Positions 47,257 to 57,069 of a DNA stretch of 64,000 nt are shown here, piece after piece (the first letter of the stretch is position 1; every line of letters starts with the position of its first letter). A program made the translations under genes and the position numbers. Source of the DNA: Myxococcales bacterium (GTDB lineage: Bacteria; Myxococcota_A; Polyangia; Polyangiales; Houyiibacteriaceae); assembly GCA_029863605.1 (NCBI GenBank), contig JAOTVB010000007.1:51080-115079 (forward strand), given 5' to 3'. The notes under the pieces are model-generated. The model was not told the origin of the DNA and did not search any database. It worked only from the letters and a program-made list of their open reading frames with translations.

Positions 47257-48029
47257 ACACGGAGCCCTGGCTTCGCTTCGACGAGGCCAGGGACATCTTC
47301 CGGCCACGATTCGTGCTTGCCTAACGCGATGAACCCGTTTGGGATTATTCGCGTGAGCAGGCGCTCCGCGATCTGGTGCTGCAATCGCGCATCGAAATAC
47401 GTGAACGTGAGATAGCGGCAAAGGATGAGATGAAACGGCCCAGTGGGCATGTCTCGTCGAATGTCCTGCCGGAGGAGCTCGACATCGGCCCGAAGCTCGT
47501 CACGAAGCACGAACTCGTCACCCTTTTGCTCAAAGGCCGACATCCGCCAGCGGGCCGGGAGCTCCTTGAGACAGCCAGCCGAATAACGCGCCTCGCGCGC
47601 TCTCACGAGCTGATGCTCGTCCGAATCGGTGGCTACGATCCGCAGCGAGATGCTCTGTTGACGAGCGGCAATCGCAAGCGTGTAGGCCTCTTCACCTGCG
47701 GCACAGCCTGCGCTCCAGATCCGTACCGGCTTCGGAGCGGTCCGCTTGTGGAGCTCCGGCAGCGCCACCTCGCACAGATAGGTAAAGGCGTCGCGCTCGC
47801 GAAAGAAGCGTGAGATCGTAATGCGCGTCAGGTCGTCCAGAACGGCCCATTCGGCGGGGTCTGCCTCCAAACGGGCCCGGTAGGCGTCCACGCCGTCCAA
47901 GCCGAGGGCTCGTATGCGACGGTCTACTCGCTTGCAGACCTGACGCCGGACCTTCCGATAACCAGGCCACCGGAGCTGAAGACGTGGCAATGCCCACTGC
48001 AAAAAGGAGATGCAATCAGGATCCTTCAC
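47241..48029 (-). CDS. cheR: CheR-family methyltransferase (no che genes nearby)
   Basis: ITISRFFR, IWSAGCAAGEEAYT, ATD, ILCR and LGKHE. Confidence 0.88.
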   Translation of the reverse strand: MKDPDCISFLQWALPRLQLRWPGYRKVRRQVCKRVDRRIRALGLDGVDAYRARLEADPAEWAVLDDLTRITISRFFRERDAFTYLCEVALPELHKRTAPKPVRIWSAGCAAGEEAYTLAIAARQQSISLRIVATDSDEHQLVRAREARYSAGCLKELPARWRMSAFEQKGDEFVLRDELRADVELLRQDIRRDMPTGPFHLILCRYLTFTYFDARLQHQIAERLLTRIIPNGFIALGKHESWPEDVPGLVEAKPGLRVYRKL

Positions 48030-48079
48030 AGCAGTGACCTACCATCCCTTCTCACTTCCTAGTCAGTCGCCAAGGCAAC

Positions 48080-48466
48080 TCACCTGCTGTGAATGGAATA
48101 CGTGCCGAGCGCCTTGGCGACGAGTCGGTCTGACTCGCGGATCTCCGACTCGAGCACCGCAACGCGTGAGCCTTTGCGGACGACGCGAGTGTCACACACC
48201 AATTCCCCTTCCCCTGCGCTCGAAAGGTAGACAATCTTGATTTCGATCGTCGCGCAGCTATCGCCCTCGTCGAGGAGCGGATAGAGCGCGCCACCCATTC
48301 CCGTATCTGCGAGTGCATAGGCCACGGCGCCGTGCACCACGCCATGCGGATTGAGGAGCTCGGCGCGGATGGGAACGCAACATCGGCTGCTGCCAGGCTC
48401 GGTCGGCTCGAAGGTCAAACCGATGAGGTCGGCAAACGGATGAGGATTCGACCCTGGAGCGCTCAT
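48080..48466 (-). CDS. PaaI-family thioesterase
   Basis: NPHGVVHGA..LAD hotdog motif. Confidence 0.9.
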   Translation of the reverse strand: MSAPGSNPHPFADLIGLTFEPTEPGSSRCCVPIRAELLNPHGVVHGAVAYALADTGMGGALYPLLDEGDSCATIEIKIVYLSSAGEGELVCDTRVVRKGSRVAVLESEIRESDRLVAKALGTYSIHSR

Positions 48467-48512
48467 GAGCCTTCACTAACACGAGTATCGCCTGCGGCCA
48501 GCACCCTATCCT

Positions 48513-49025
48513 TCAATCCTGGTTACCGAACGGCTCGGGTCGCAGCATCCTCCAGATGAGAAGGAGGGGCACGATGGTGTAAGGGATGTTCACGACGAAT
48601 ACCCCGAGAAGATCGGCGTTTGCGCGGTTCGTCTCGTCGAGAAACTCGTAGCCAAAATAAACGACCGTCGAATACACGATCGCAGCGCCGTACAATAGAG
48701 CCGGGACCCGCACCCAGTTTCGCCCCCGAACGAACGCGTAGATCAACACGAGATAGAATGGCCCAAACAGGTACGCGTCGATCGCGCACATGACCCGAAG
48801 CCATAGTGGCGTGTCGAGAAAGATTGGGTCGATGGATCGCGCGTACCAATACCAAGAGCGCCCAAAGACATCGGTCGTAGCCGACAGGTCCACGTTGAAC
48901 ACGATAAATTGCTCGTATACCAGCGACGAGACCGCAAAAAGGCAGAACCAGAACACCAAAAACGCGTCGAACGGCCGATGACGAAGCGGCATGGAGAGCA
49001 AGTCTGATTCTTTTCGGCGGGTCAC
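48513..49025 (-). CDS. EXPERA/emopamil-binding-like membrane protein
   Basis: Four TM segments; WY..DP.F..P.W; D...FGPF; C-terminal NIPY..VP. Confidence 0.7.
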   Translation of the reverse strand: MTRRKESDLLSMPLRHRPFDAFLVFWFCLFAVSSLVYEQFIVFNVDLSATTDVFGRSWYWYARSIDPIFLDTPLWLRVMCAIDAYLFGPFYLVLIYAFVRGRNWVRVPALLYGAAIVYSTVVYFGYEFLDETNRANADLLGVFVVNIPYTIVPLLLIWRMLRPEPFGNQD

Positions 49026-49630
49026 GACGTGCGGAATGCCGCGGCTTTTCTTGCCACGAAGAAACCGAAATGGCCCTCGTCATACGATTCCTCGACGTGC
49101 AACCCCGCTCCTTCGAGTGCCTCGGTGAATCGCGCGTGATCGAATCGGTCTCGCATTGGATGGTCCAGGAAGGCACGAATCAAAGGATGCACGATGAACT
49201 TCTCGTAGATCTCGTCCGCGTAGAAACGCCCCCCTGGCTTTAGGACGCGATGGACTTCTCGAAGCGCAGCTTTCCAGTCCGGAATGTGGTGAATGACCCC
49301 GAAATCGAAGACGGCGTCATAGGTTTCATCGTCTGCTCGGATGTCGGTTGCGTCGCCGGTCCACAGGCGAACCCGATCACCGAAGCGCTTCAGACGGGCT
49401 TGCGCGCGACGAACCATGTCTGCATCGAGGTCAAACGCGTCGACCTTGTCCGCACCGAATTGCTTTAGGACGATCTCCGTGCCGACCCCGCGACCGCATC
49501 CGATTTCGAGTGCCCGGCCCCCAGCCATCACGCCGCCCATGGCGCGAAGGCGTCTGGCTTCGTAGTGGCGCTGCACCGCTGCGCGGACGGGATTGTTCAT
49601 CAAGAGCTTTTCGGCCTTATTCATTAACAT
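49022..49630 (-). CDS. Class I SAM-dependent methyltransferase
   Basis: LEIGCGRG, GDA, YDAV and RVLKPGG. Confidence 0.9.
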   Translation of the reverse strand: MLMNKAEKLLMNNPVRAAVQRHYEARRLRAMGGVMAGGRALEIGCGRGVGTEIVLKQFGADKVDAFDLDADMVRRAQARLKRFGDRVRLWTGDATDIRADDETYDAVFDFGVIHHIPDWKAALREVHRVLKPGGRFYADEIYEKFIVHPLIRAFLDHPMRDRFDHARFTEALEGAGLHVEESYDEGHFGFFVARKAAAFRTS

Positions 49631-49679
49631 CGCAGCTGCAGTCTTTGGGTTGGCCGTACGTGGTAGCTATGAGCGACAC

Positions 49680-50357
49680 TCAATAGCTGAGCTTTGGGAG
49701 CCAGGTTTCGCCGCGGCCCTCCGGCGTGAGGTCGAAGAAGCTCCAGATCGGCCAGAGCGAGTCGATGTGCCGAGCGTGTCCTTCGGTGGGTGCATACAAG
49801 AGCTCGGACGCCCAGAAATGGCGCACGCCCTCATCGGTCTTAACGAAGACATGGCAGACCGGCCACTGCGACCCGTCCGGCCCTTCGTTGAAGTAGTCGG
49901 CATGGTAGCTGTTTCGGTTCGACGAGAGCAGCCGCAAGTTGTTCCAATCGCGCAAGCCCGCCCACGCCTCTGTCCGCTCGATCGGCGACTTTGCAACGAC
50001 CGCAAGATTGACTCGTTGCGAAATGTGCGGGGCGTATCCATCGAGCCCGTCGAGAAACGAATTGCACAACGGACAAGGCTTCTCCATATCTGGCCCATAC
50101 ATGAAACTGTACAAGATCAGCGAGTTCTTACCGTCTTCGAACAGCTCGGAGAGCTTTACCTGGCGGACTTCGCCGTTCACGAGCTCGTCGAACACGTAGT
50201 CCTCTGCTGAACCACCGAAGGGGAGCTTTCTTCGAAGTGCAGCCACCGCTTCGAGCTTGTCTCGAAGCTCCGCCTCGGCTTGCAGTAGCTCGTTTCGGGC
50301 GGCCCGGTAGTCGCTCGATTCGTCAGGAAAACGGATGTCATGTGTGGCTCGAGTCAT
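49680..50357 (-). CDS. DUF899 thioredoxin-like protein
   Basis: YRAARNELL, RRKLP, YSFMYGP, CPLC and DLTPEGR; RBS GAAAGGA before ATG 50357. Confidence 0.9.
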   Translation of the reverse strand: MTRATHDIRFPDESSDYRAARNELLQAEAELRDKLEAVAALRRKLPFGGSAEDYVFDELVNGEVRQVKLSELFEDGKNSLILYSFMYGPDMEKPCPLCNSFLDGLDGYAPHISQRVNLAVVAKSPIERTEAWAGLRDWNNLRLLSSNRNSYHADYFNEGPDGSQWPVCHVFVKTDEGVRHFWASELLYAPTEGHARHIDSLWPIWSFFDLTPEGRGETWLPKLSY

Positions 50358-50385
50358 TGCGTCGTCCTTTCTCTCGTTCATGCAT

Positions 50386-51816
50386 CTAGCCCTTGATGCA
50401 TACCCTAGGCTCGAGGCGCGCCACTTTGCGGGCGAGCCCAGCTCGATCGGCTGAGTCGACCACGGCCCTAACGTCTTTGTAGGCGCCCGGTGCTTCCTCG
50501 GCGACTCCGCGCATGCTGACCGATCGAACGATGATGCCGCGGTGCGCAAGATTTTTGATCAGCTTGCTGCCGCGCCATTGTTTCTTTGCACGGTGACGGC
50601 TCATTCGCCGCCCAGCCCCATGGCAGGCCGACCCGAAAGAACGAGCCATCCCCTCTTCTGTCCCGACGAGCACCCACGATTCGGTCCCCATGCTGCCCCC
50701 GATCAACACGGGTTGGCCGACTTCGCGAAGCTGCTCGGGTAGCTCTGCGTGCCCCGGCCCGAACGCGCGGGTGGCTCCCTTTCGGTGGACGAAGAGCCGC
50801 CTCGGTGCTCCATCGACGATGTGCTCTTCTTCTTTGCAGGTGTTGTGGGAGACATCGTAGAGGAGCGGAAGCTCGGCGTTTGGCAACACGTCGCTGAACA
50901 CCTCGCGAGTCAGATGCGTGATGATCTGGCGGTTTGCGAGTGCGCAGTTGACCCCGGCGCGCATGGCACCGAGATATTGACGGCCAACCTCGGAACGCAG
51001 CGGGGCACAAGCAAGCTCGCGATCGGGAAGGTCGATGCCGTGCTCGGTCGCGGCGATGGCCATCTCGCGAAGATACTCGGTGCCGATTTGATGGCCGAGC
51101 CCTCTCGAGCCGCAATGAATGCTGACGACCGCATCACCCTCGGCGAGGCATAGTTCGGCGGCAACGTCAGGAGCGAAGATCTCCGCCACGCGCTGCACTT
51201 CGAGATAGTGGTTTCCCGAGCCGAGGGTGCCCATCTCATTCCGCTGCCGGTGGCGCGCCTTTTGAGAGACGTGCTCGGGCTCGGCTCCCTGCATCGAACC
51301 GTGTTCCTCGATTCGCTCGAGGTCTTCTCGTGAGCCCCAGCCACGGTCGACGGCCCAGCGGGCGCCGCCACGCAGCATTGCCGTCATCTCGTCATCATCG
51401 AGGTGGATGCGGCCGGTGCTTCCGACGCCGGCCGGAACGTGCGCAAAGAGCGCATCGGCGAGCTGTTCTTTCACCGGCTCGATCTCCTCGGCCCGCAATC
51501 CGGTCAGCAAACAGCGGACCCCGCACGAGATATCGAAACCGACCCCTCCGGCGGATACCACACCACCTTGATCTGCATCGAAGGCGGCCACACCGCCGAT
51601 CGGAAAGCCATAACCCCAATGCCCATCGGGCATGACATAGCTTGCCTTCACGATCCCTGGAAGCGCTGCAACGTTGGTTGCCTGCTCGCGCACCTTGTCG
51701 TCCATGCCCTCGAGCAGCGCCCGGTCGGCGTAGAAGATCACCGGAGCGCGCATCTTGCCTGTGGCGGGGAGCTGCCACTGGTCTTCAGAAATCTGCTGAA
51801 GCGGAGCGATGTCCAT
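50386..51816 (-). CDS. rtcB: RNA-splicing/repair ligase RtcB
   Basis: MPDGHWGYGFPIG, GFDISCG, GSGNHYLE, HCGSRG, HN, HRKGAT, HGAGR and EEAPGAYK. Confidence 0.97.
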   Translation of the reverse strand: MDIAPLQQISEDQWQLPATGKMRAPVIFYADRALLEGMDDKVREQATNVAALPGIVKASYVMPDGHWGYGFPIGGVAAFDADQGGVVSAGGVGFDISCGVRCLLTGLRAEEIEPVKEQLADALFAHVPAGVGSTGRIHLDDDEMTAMLRGGARWAVDRGWGSREDLERIEEHGSMQGAEPEHVSQKARHRQRNEMGTLGSGNHYLEVQRVAEIFAPDVAAELCLAEGDAVVSIHCGSRGLGHQIGTEYLREMAIAATEHGIDLPDRELACAPLRSEVGRQYLGAMRAGVNCALANRQIITHLTREVFSDVLPNAELPLLYDVSHNTCKEEEHIVDGAPRRLFVHRKGATRAFGPGHAELPEQLREVGQPVLIGGSMGTESWVLVGTEEGMARSFGSACHGAGRRMSRHRAKKQWRGSKLIKNLAHRGIIVRSVSMRGVAEEAPGAYKDVRAVVDSADRAGLARKVARLEPRVCIKG

Positions 51817-51837
51817 CGTGACTCCTAGCGGTCTCGC

Positions 51838-52254
51838 TCACACGTCGACCACGCATTGCGCGACCCACTGCCCTTCGTCATTACGGCTGACCCGGAGCTC
51901 GGTGAACGTTGCACCTTTGGGTTCTACCACGGGCTCGTGGCGCTGCCGATCGACGGATTCACCCTCCGCTTCTGCGGACAGCCGGAGCCCGTCGATTTTG
52001 ACGCGGAAGCGGCCAAACAACATCGATCGCGTCGTCATCTCGTAGATGAGCGCATTGAGCCAGTCGACGAAAAGCACGTCCAAGCTCGGCGCCTCGCAGT
52101 TGATGGCAACCTGCTCGTTGGCGCGCACCAAGCTCGGGTCGGTGATCACTGCCGTCAGCCCAAGCGCTGCCTGCTCGAACGCGACCTCCGGCGAGTCCCC
52201 CTGACCACGCACTCCGATGTCCGCCTCGTGAGGGAAGTGTTCCCAGCTAGGCAT
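51838..52254 (-). CDS. Archease (RtcB activator)
   Basis: [18 protein letters not shown] and C-terminal VVDV. Confidence 0.93.
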   Translation of the reverse strand: MPSWEHFPHEADIGVRGQGDSPEVAFEQAALGLTAVITDPSLVRANEQVAINCEAPSLDVLFVDWLNALIYEMTTRSMLFGRFRVKIDGLRLSAEAEGESVDRQRHEPVVEPKGATFTELRVSRNDEGQWVAQCVVDV

Positions 52255-52300
52255 GGGTGAACCTTACCTCAGTGCTGCTACGATTACCTCGGTAGCGAGC

Positions 52301-54022
52301 ATGTCCGTTCGCAACGCCGAAATCGCCGATATCTTCGATCGGATGGCCGCCCTGCTGGAGATTCAAGGGGCGAATCCATTCCGGGCGCGCGCCTATCGGA
52401 ACGCTGCTCGAACGGTAAGCGACCTGCCACGAAGCGTCAGCGACATGCTCGCAGAGGAAGAAGACCTCTCGAAGCTACCGGGCATCGGAAAGGATCTAGC
52501 GAGCAAGATCGCCGAGATAGTAGACACGGGGCATCTCACCGCACTCGAGGAAGTCGAAAAGGAGGTTCCCCCGGGGCTCGTCGACTTGATTCGGCTGCCA
52601 GGGTTGGGCCCCAAGCGCGTCAAGATCCTGCACGAGGAGCTGGGAATCCGCGACCTCACTGGGCTGGAACGAGCGGGTAGAAAGGGCCGTATCCGCGAGC
52701 TCGCAGGATTTGGGGCGAAGACGGAGCAACGAATTCTCGAGGCGCTGTCAAGACATGCTCGAGAAGAGCCACGAACCAAGCTCGCCGATGTCGAGGAAAT
52801 CGCGAGCCTATACGTTGGCCATCTACGAGCCATTCCCGGCGTGAAGGAGGTGATCGTCGCGGGAAGCTATCGTCGTCGGAAGGAGACCGTCGGAGACCTA
52901 GACATCCTGGTCACCTGCAAGAAGGGCTCGCCGGTGATGAAGGGCTTTGTCGAGTACGACGAAGTGGACGCGGTGATCTCGAGAGGCGCGACGCGGTCTA
53001 CCGTCTCGCTGCGGTCGGGCCTTCAAATCGACCTGCGAGTCGTGGCGCAAGCTTCTTACGGCGCCGCCTTGTACTATTTCACGGGCTCCAAAGCGCACAA
53101 CATCGCGGTCCGCACGATTGCGGTGAAAAAGAAGCTGAAGATCAACGAATATGGCGTTTTCAAGGGCGAACGTAGGGTTGCGGGCAGGACCGAGAAAGAG
53201 GTTTTCAAGGCAGTGGGGCTTCGCTATATCGAACCCGAGCTGCGAGAGAACCGGGGGGAGATCGAAGCGGCCAAGAAGAACCGGCTGCCGCGCCTCGTTT
53301 CGGTAAGCGACATCCGTGGGGATCTCCACGCGCACACGAACGCAACAGACGGCCACCATTCGCTTCGAGAGATGGCCGGCGCAGCCAAGAAGCTCGGCTA
53401 TGCGTATCTGGCGATCACCGACCATTCGAAGAGCCTCGTCATCGCTCATGGGATCGACGAAAAGCGTCTGCGGAAGCAGCTCGGTGCCATCGATCGCCTC
53501 AACGCGCAGCTAAACGGGGTTCAGGTGTTAAAAGGCATCGAAGTCGACATTCTGGAAGATGGGTCGCTCGACTTGAGCAACAGCGTCTTGAAGCAATTGG
53601 ACGTCACCGTCTGTGCCATCCACGGCCGTTTCGGCTTGAGCCGCACCAAACAAACCGAACGGATCATTCGTGCGATGGACAATCCATACTTCAACATCTT
53701 GGCCCATCCGACGGGGCGTCTGATCAACCAACGAGGTGCGTACGAGATCGACATGGAGCGCGTCATGGAGGCAGCCCTCGAACGAGGCTGCTATCTCGAG
53801 TTGAATGCGCACCCTGACCGGCTCGATCTGAACGACGTCCACTGCCGGATGGCGAGGGATATGGGCCTCAAGCTCGCCATTTCGACCGACGCCCACGCGA
53901 CGAGCAACTTGGAGCACATGCGCTTTGGCGTGGATCAGGGCCGCCGCGGTTGGCTCGAGCCCGAGGACGTCCTCAACACGCGACCTTGGCGTGAGCTCAA
54001 GGGACTCTTGGCGCGGCCGTAG
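52301..54022 (+). CDS. polX: DNA polymerase X with PHP domain
   Basis: FRARAY, HhH (PGIG, PGLGPK), GSYRR, GDLDIL, IDLR, YFTGSK, PELRE; PHP motifs HAH, TDH, HPTGR and TDAH. Confidence 0.96.
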   Translation: MSVRNAEIADIFDRMAALLEIQGANPFRARAYRNAARTVSDLPRSVSDMLAEEEDLSKLPGIGKDLASKIAEIVDTGHLTALEEVEKEVPPGLVDLIRLPGLGPKRVKILHEELGIRDLTGLERAGRKGRIRELAGFGAKTEQRILEALSRHAREEPRTKLADVEEIASLYVGHLRAIPGVKEVIVAGSYRRRKETVGDLDILVTCKKGSPVMKGFVEYDEVDAVISRGATRSTVSLRSGLQIDLRVVAQASYGAALYYFTGSKAHNIAVRTIAVKKKLKINEYGVFKGERRVAGRTEKEVFKAVGLRYIEPELRENRGEIEAAKKNRLPRLVSVSDIRGDLHAHTNATDGHHSLREMAGAAKKLGYAYLAITDHSKSLVIAHGIDEKRLRKQLGAIDRLNAQLNGVQVLKGIEVDILEDGSLDLSNSVLKQLDVTVCAIHGRFGLSRTKQTERIIRAMDNPYFNILAHPTGRLINQRGAYEIDMERVMEAALERGCYLELNAHPDRLDLNDVHCRMARDMGLKLAISTDAHATSNLEHMRFGVDQGRRGWLEPEDVLNTRPWRELKGLLARP

Positions 54023-54129
54023 ATCGGAGGCGCATAATATGCGGTTCAGCAAATGGCGACCACGTGTCATACTGGCGAGTTCCAAACGGCCCCCTTGGCC
54101 TGGCCGTTGCTTGAGTTCAGTTGATCGAC

Positions 54130-56112
54130 ATGGAAAGTAGCGAGCGGCGTCATCGGATGGTCGAACGTCACGTGGAGGCACGGGGTGTTCATGATGCTGC
54201 CGTGCTCGAGGCTATGCGCACCGTGCCGCGTGAGGCGTTTCTCCCGGACCACTTCGCGGAGTTCGCCTACGAAGACACGCCTCTACCCATCGAAGAGGGG
54301 CAGACGATTTCTCAGCCTTACATCGTTGCCGCCATGGTCGAAGCGCTCAAGCCAGGGCCGCATGATCGGGTGTTGGAGATCGGCACGGGTTCCGGATATG
54401 CAGCCGCGGTTCTGGGCGAAATTGTCGAGGAAGTCTACACCATCGAGCGTCATCGCGTGCTCGCTGACCAGGCGGAGCGCCGACTACGGGAGCTCGACTA
54501 TCGCAATGTGCACGTTCTATGCGGAGACGGGACGCTCGGATGGCCCGAGCATGCCCCGTTCGACGGCATCCTGGTTTCCGCAGGAGGGCCGGAGGTCCCG
54601 CGCGTCCTGATCGAGCAGCTCGCCCCGCGGGGCCGAATCGTGATCCCGGTTGGACCCGATCTGCGAGATCAACGGTTGCTTCGCATCACAAAACAGCCCG
54701 ATGGCAACACGAATACCGAAGACTTGGGTGGGGTTCGTTTCGTGCCGCTCATCGGCGCGGGCGGGTTTGCAGAAGCGGCTGAAGCCCCGACCGTAGAGCG
54801 CATCTCACGCCCCGAGCCCGCGATCGCACATTTGATTCGTGAAGCCTGCCAGCCGATTTCCGACATCGGCGAAGTCGAGCTCGGTCCATTGCTGGAGCAG
54901 ATCGGCGATGCGCGCGTCGTGCTTCTCGGCGAGGCCACCCATGGCACCTCGGAGTTCTATCGCATGAGGGCTCGGATCACGACCGAGCTCGTGATGCGGC
55001 GTGGTTTCAATATCGTTGCGATCGAGGGAGATTGGCCCGACGCGGCCCAGGTCGATCACCATGTTCGCGCACTCGAGTTCCGCGTCCGCGAAGACTCCAC
55101 TTTCGCGCGTTTCCCGACGTGGATGTGGCGCAACCGAGAGATTGGCGAGCTGATCACGTGGCTGAAGTCGCACAATGAATTGATCAAAGACCCCCAGCGG
55201 CGCGTCGGATTTCACGGTCTCGACCTCTACAGCCTGTACAAGTCACTCGATGCGGTTCTTCATTATCTGAATGATGTGGACCCGAAGGCAGCACAAATCG
55301 CCAAGGAGCGATACGCTTGTCTCTCGCCTTGGGAGCAGAACCCAGCGCTTTACGGACGCGCGGCTCTCAGTCGAGGCTATGCTGAATGCGAGCGCCCTGT
55401 CGTCGCGGTCCTCGCCGACCTGTTGAAGCGTCGGCTCGACTACGCGAGGGCCGATGGCGATCGGTTCTTCGATGCAACATCCAACGCGCATTTGGTCGCC
55501 GCTGCGGAGGAGTACTATCGCGTGATGTACTACGGCGGTCCACATTCCTGGAACCTTCGCGACCAACACATGTTCGACACCTTGGAGCGACTCCTTGCGT
55601 TTCGCGGACCTGATGCGAAGGCGGTCGTTTGGGCACACAACTCCCATGTCGGGGATGCCCGCGCGACCGAGATGGGTGCTGCGCGCGGCGAGCACAACAT
55701 CGGTCAACTATGCCGGCAGAGCTTCGGCGATGCGGCATTTTCGATCGGGTTTGGCACCCACACCGGCACAGTCGCAGCCGCGACCGATTGGGACGGTCCG
55801 ATGCAGATCAAGAAAGTGCGGCCTTCACATCCCAGCAGTTACGAGCGCCTCTGTCACGATGCCGGAGTGCCGGCGTTTCTGCTTGCGCTGCGTTATCCGG
55901 CGCGTGACGCGGTCCGTGAGGAGCTCGCATCGCCCCGCCTAGAGCGGGCCATCGGCGTCATTTACAGACCAGAAACCGAGCTTCAAAGCCACTACTTCCA
56001 AGCTGCGCTGCCCTGGCAGTTCGATGCGTATGTTTGGTTTGATGAAACCCGCGCCGTAGACGCACTAGAACCCGAGGCGGCACATGCCGAAATTCCGCAT
56101 GTCTACCGTTGA
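54130..56112 (+). CDS. pcm: Protein-L-isoaspartate O-methyltransferase fused to an erythromycin esterase-like domain
   Basis: GQTISQPY, LEIGTGSGY and FVPLIG; then LLGEATHGTSEFY, EGDWPD, WMWRN, WNLRD, WAHNSH and ERAIGVIY. Confidence 0.92.
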   Translation: MESSERRHRMVERHVEARGVHDAAVLEAMRTVPREAFLPDHFAEFAYEDTPLPIEEGQTISQPYIVAAMVEALKPGPHDRVLEIGTGSGYAAAVLGEIVEEVYTIERHRVLADQAERRLRELDYRNVHVLCGDGTLGWPEHAPFDGILVSAGGPEVPRVLIEQLAPRGRIVIPVGPDLRDQRLLRITKQPDGNTNTEDLGGVRFVPLIGAGGFAEAAEAPTVERISRPEPAIAHLIREACQPISDIGEVELGPLLEQIGDARVVLLGEATHGTSEFYRMRARITTELVMRRGFNIVAIEGDWPDAAQVDHHVRALEFRVREDSTFARFPTWMWRNREIGELITWLKSHNELIKDPQRRVGFHGLDLYSLYKSLDAVLHYLNDVDPKAAQIAKERYACLSPWEQNPALYGRAALSRGYAECERPVVAVLADLLKRRLDYARADGDRFFDATSNAHLVAAAEEYYRVMYYGGPHSWNLRDQHMFDTLERLLAFRGPDAKAVVWAHNSHVGDARATEMGAARGEHNIGQLCRQSFGDAAFSIGFGTHTGTVAAATDWDGPMQIKKVRPSHPSSYERLCHDAGVPAFLLALRYPARDAVREELASPRLERAIGVIYRPETELQSHYFQAALPWQFDAYVWFDETRAVDALEPEAAHAEIPHVYR

Positions 56113-56138
56113 GGCGTTTTGATGATAGAAGGAGTCCA

Positions 56139-56282
56139 ATGTCAAAACATGAAGAGCACGAAGAGTCGGTGCTGCATAGTGAACTGGTAGCGCTGAGGAA
56201 GCGGGTCGAAGCGCTAGAAGCTCGGGTAACCGAGCTCGAGGAAGAGCTCCGCGAGACCCAAGAGGCCGCGACGACTGACTAG
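56139..56282 (+). CDS. 47-aa coiled-coil protein (not in the supplied ORF track)
   Basis: RBS AAGGAG; MSKHEEHEESVLHSELVALRKRVEALEARVTELEEELRETQEAATTD; fills the gap exactly up to the convergent stop. Confidence 0.65.
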   Translation: MSKHEEHEESVLHSELVALRKRVEALEARVTELEEELRETQEAATTD

Positions 56283-57022
56283 CCGCGCTTACTTTGCGGG
56301 ATCGTCTCGATGGTCATGCCCTCATACGGCCGATTGCCATACGAATCGAAATGCGCGATGTCGCCGACTGGCTTGCGCGTGGTTGGGCCATAGCGCCCAC
56401 GCGGCCACCCGAGCGGAATGACGGCGACTGGCGACACCCAAAGTGGTAAGCCGAGCGCGCGACGAGCGAGGGAAACGCTCCAGAGCGGCATGACCGTGAG
56501 CGACGCGCCAAGCCCCGCAGCCCGCGCGCCGAGGAGCAAATTCTGAACCGCCGGGAAGATTGAGCCATAGAAGATGCTCGCCAGAAATGGCGGGAACGGC
56601 GGTCGTATACCGCTCACGATCGGGCCGTAGGTGCTCCATCGCAGACACGCAACGATGATCACGGGGATGTCTTCGTAGTGGTCGGCCTGCCAATCGACCG
56701 CCTTCATCGCGCGAAGGGTCTTCTCGTCGTTGCGGGCAAAGAATCTCCAGACGCGACCGTACGTGTTCCAGGCTGCGCGATTGAGCTGTGCGAGCTTGCG
56801 TTTGGTAGCGAGGTCCCGAATCACCAAGAACTCCGCGTTTTGACGGTTTCCGCCAGTGGGCGCCTTCGTCGCTAGCTCGAGCAAGTGCAGGATCACCGAG
56901 TCGTCGACCGGGTCTGGCTTGAGGCGACGAATCGAACGCTGCGTGCGAATCGCATCTTCGAGCGCCATGTTCAGAAGCTGCGTGGGCTCGAGCCCCGCTC
57001 GCGCATCACCGGTCGTCTCCAT
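56279..57022 (-). CDS. Nitroreductase family protein
   Basis: RSIRR, APTGGNRQ, SIFPAVQNLLL..GLG and IPLGWP. Confidence 0.9.
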   Translation of the reverse strand: METTGDARAGLEPTQLLNMALEDAIRTQRSIRRLKPDPVDDSVILHLLELATKAPTGGNRQNAEFLVIRDLATKRKLAQLNRAAWNTYGRVWRFFARNDEKTLRAMKAVDWQADHYEDIPVIIVACLRWSTYGPIVSGIRPPFPPFLASIFYGSIFPAVQNLLLGARAAGLGASLTVMPLWSVSLARRALGLPLWVSPVAVIPLGWPRGRYGPTTRKPVGDIAHFDSYGNRPYEGMTIETIPQSKRG

Positions 57023-57069
57023 CTACGGCAAAGGTACTCCTTCTTGCGAACGACGGAAAGGATCTCGGA

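Noticed and set aside
54840-56112. Possible macrolide resistance gene (ere)
   Set aside because: Domain is fused to PIMT in a housekeeping-like context with no mobile element; resistance is not supported.
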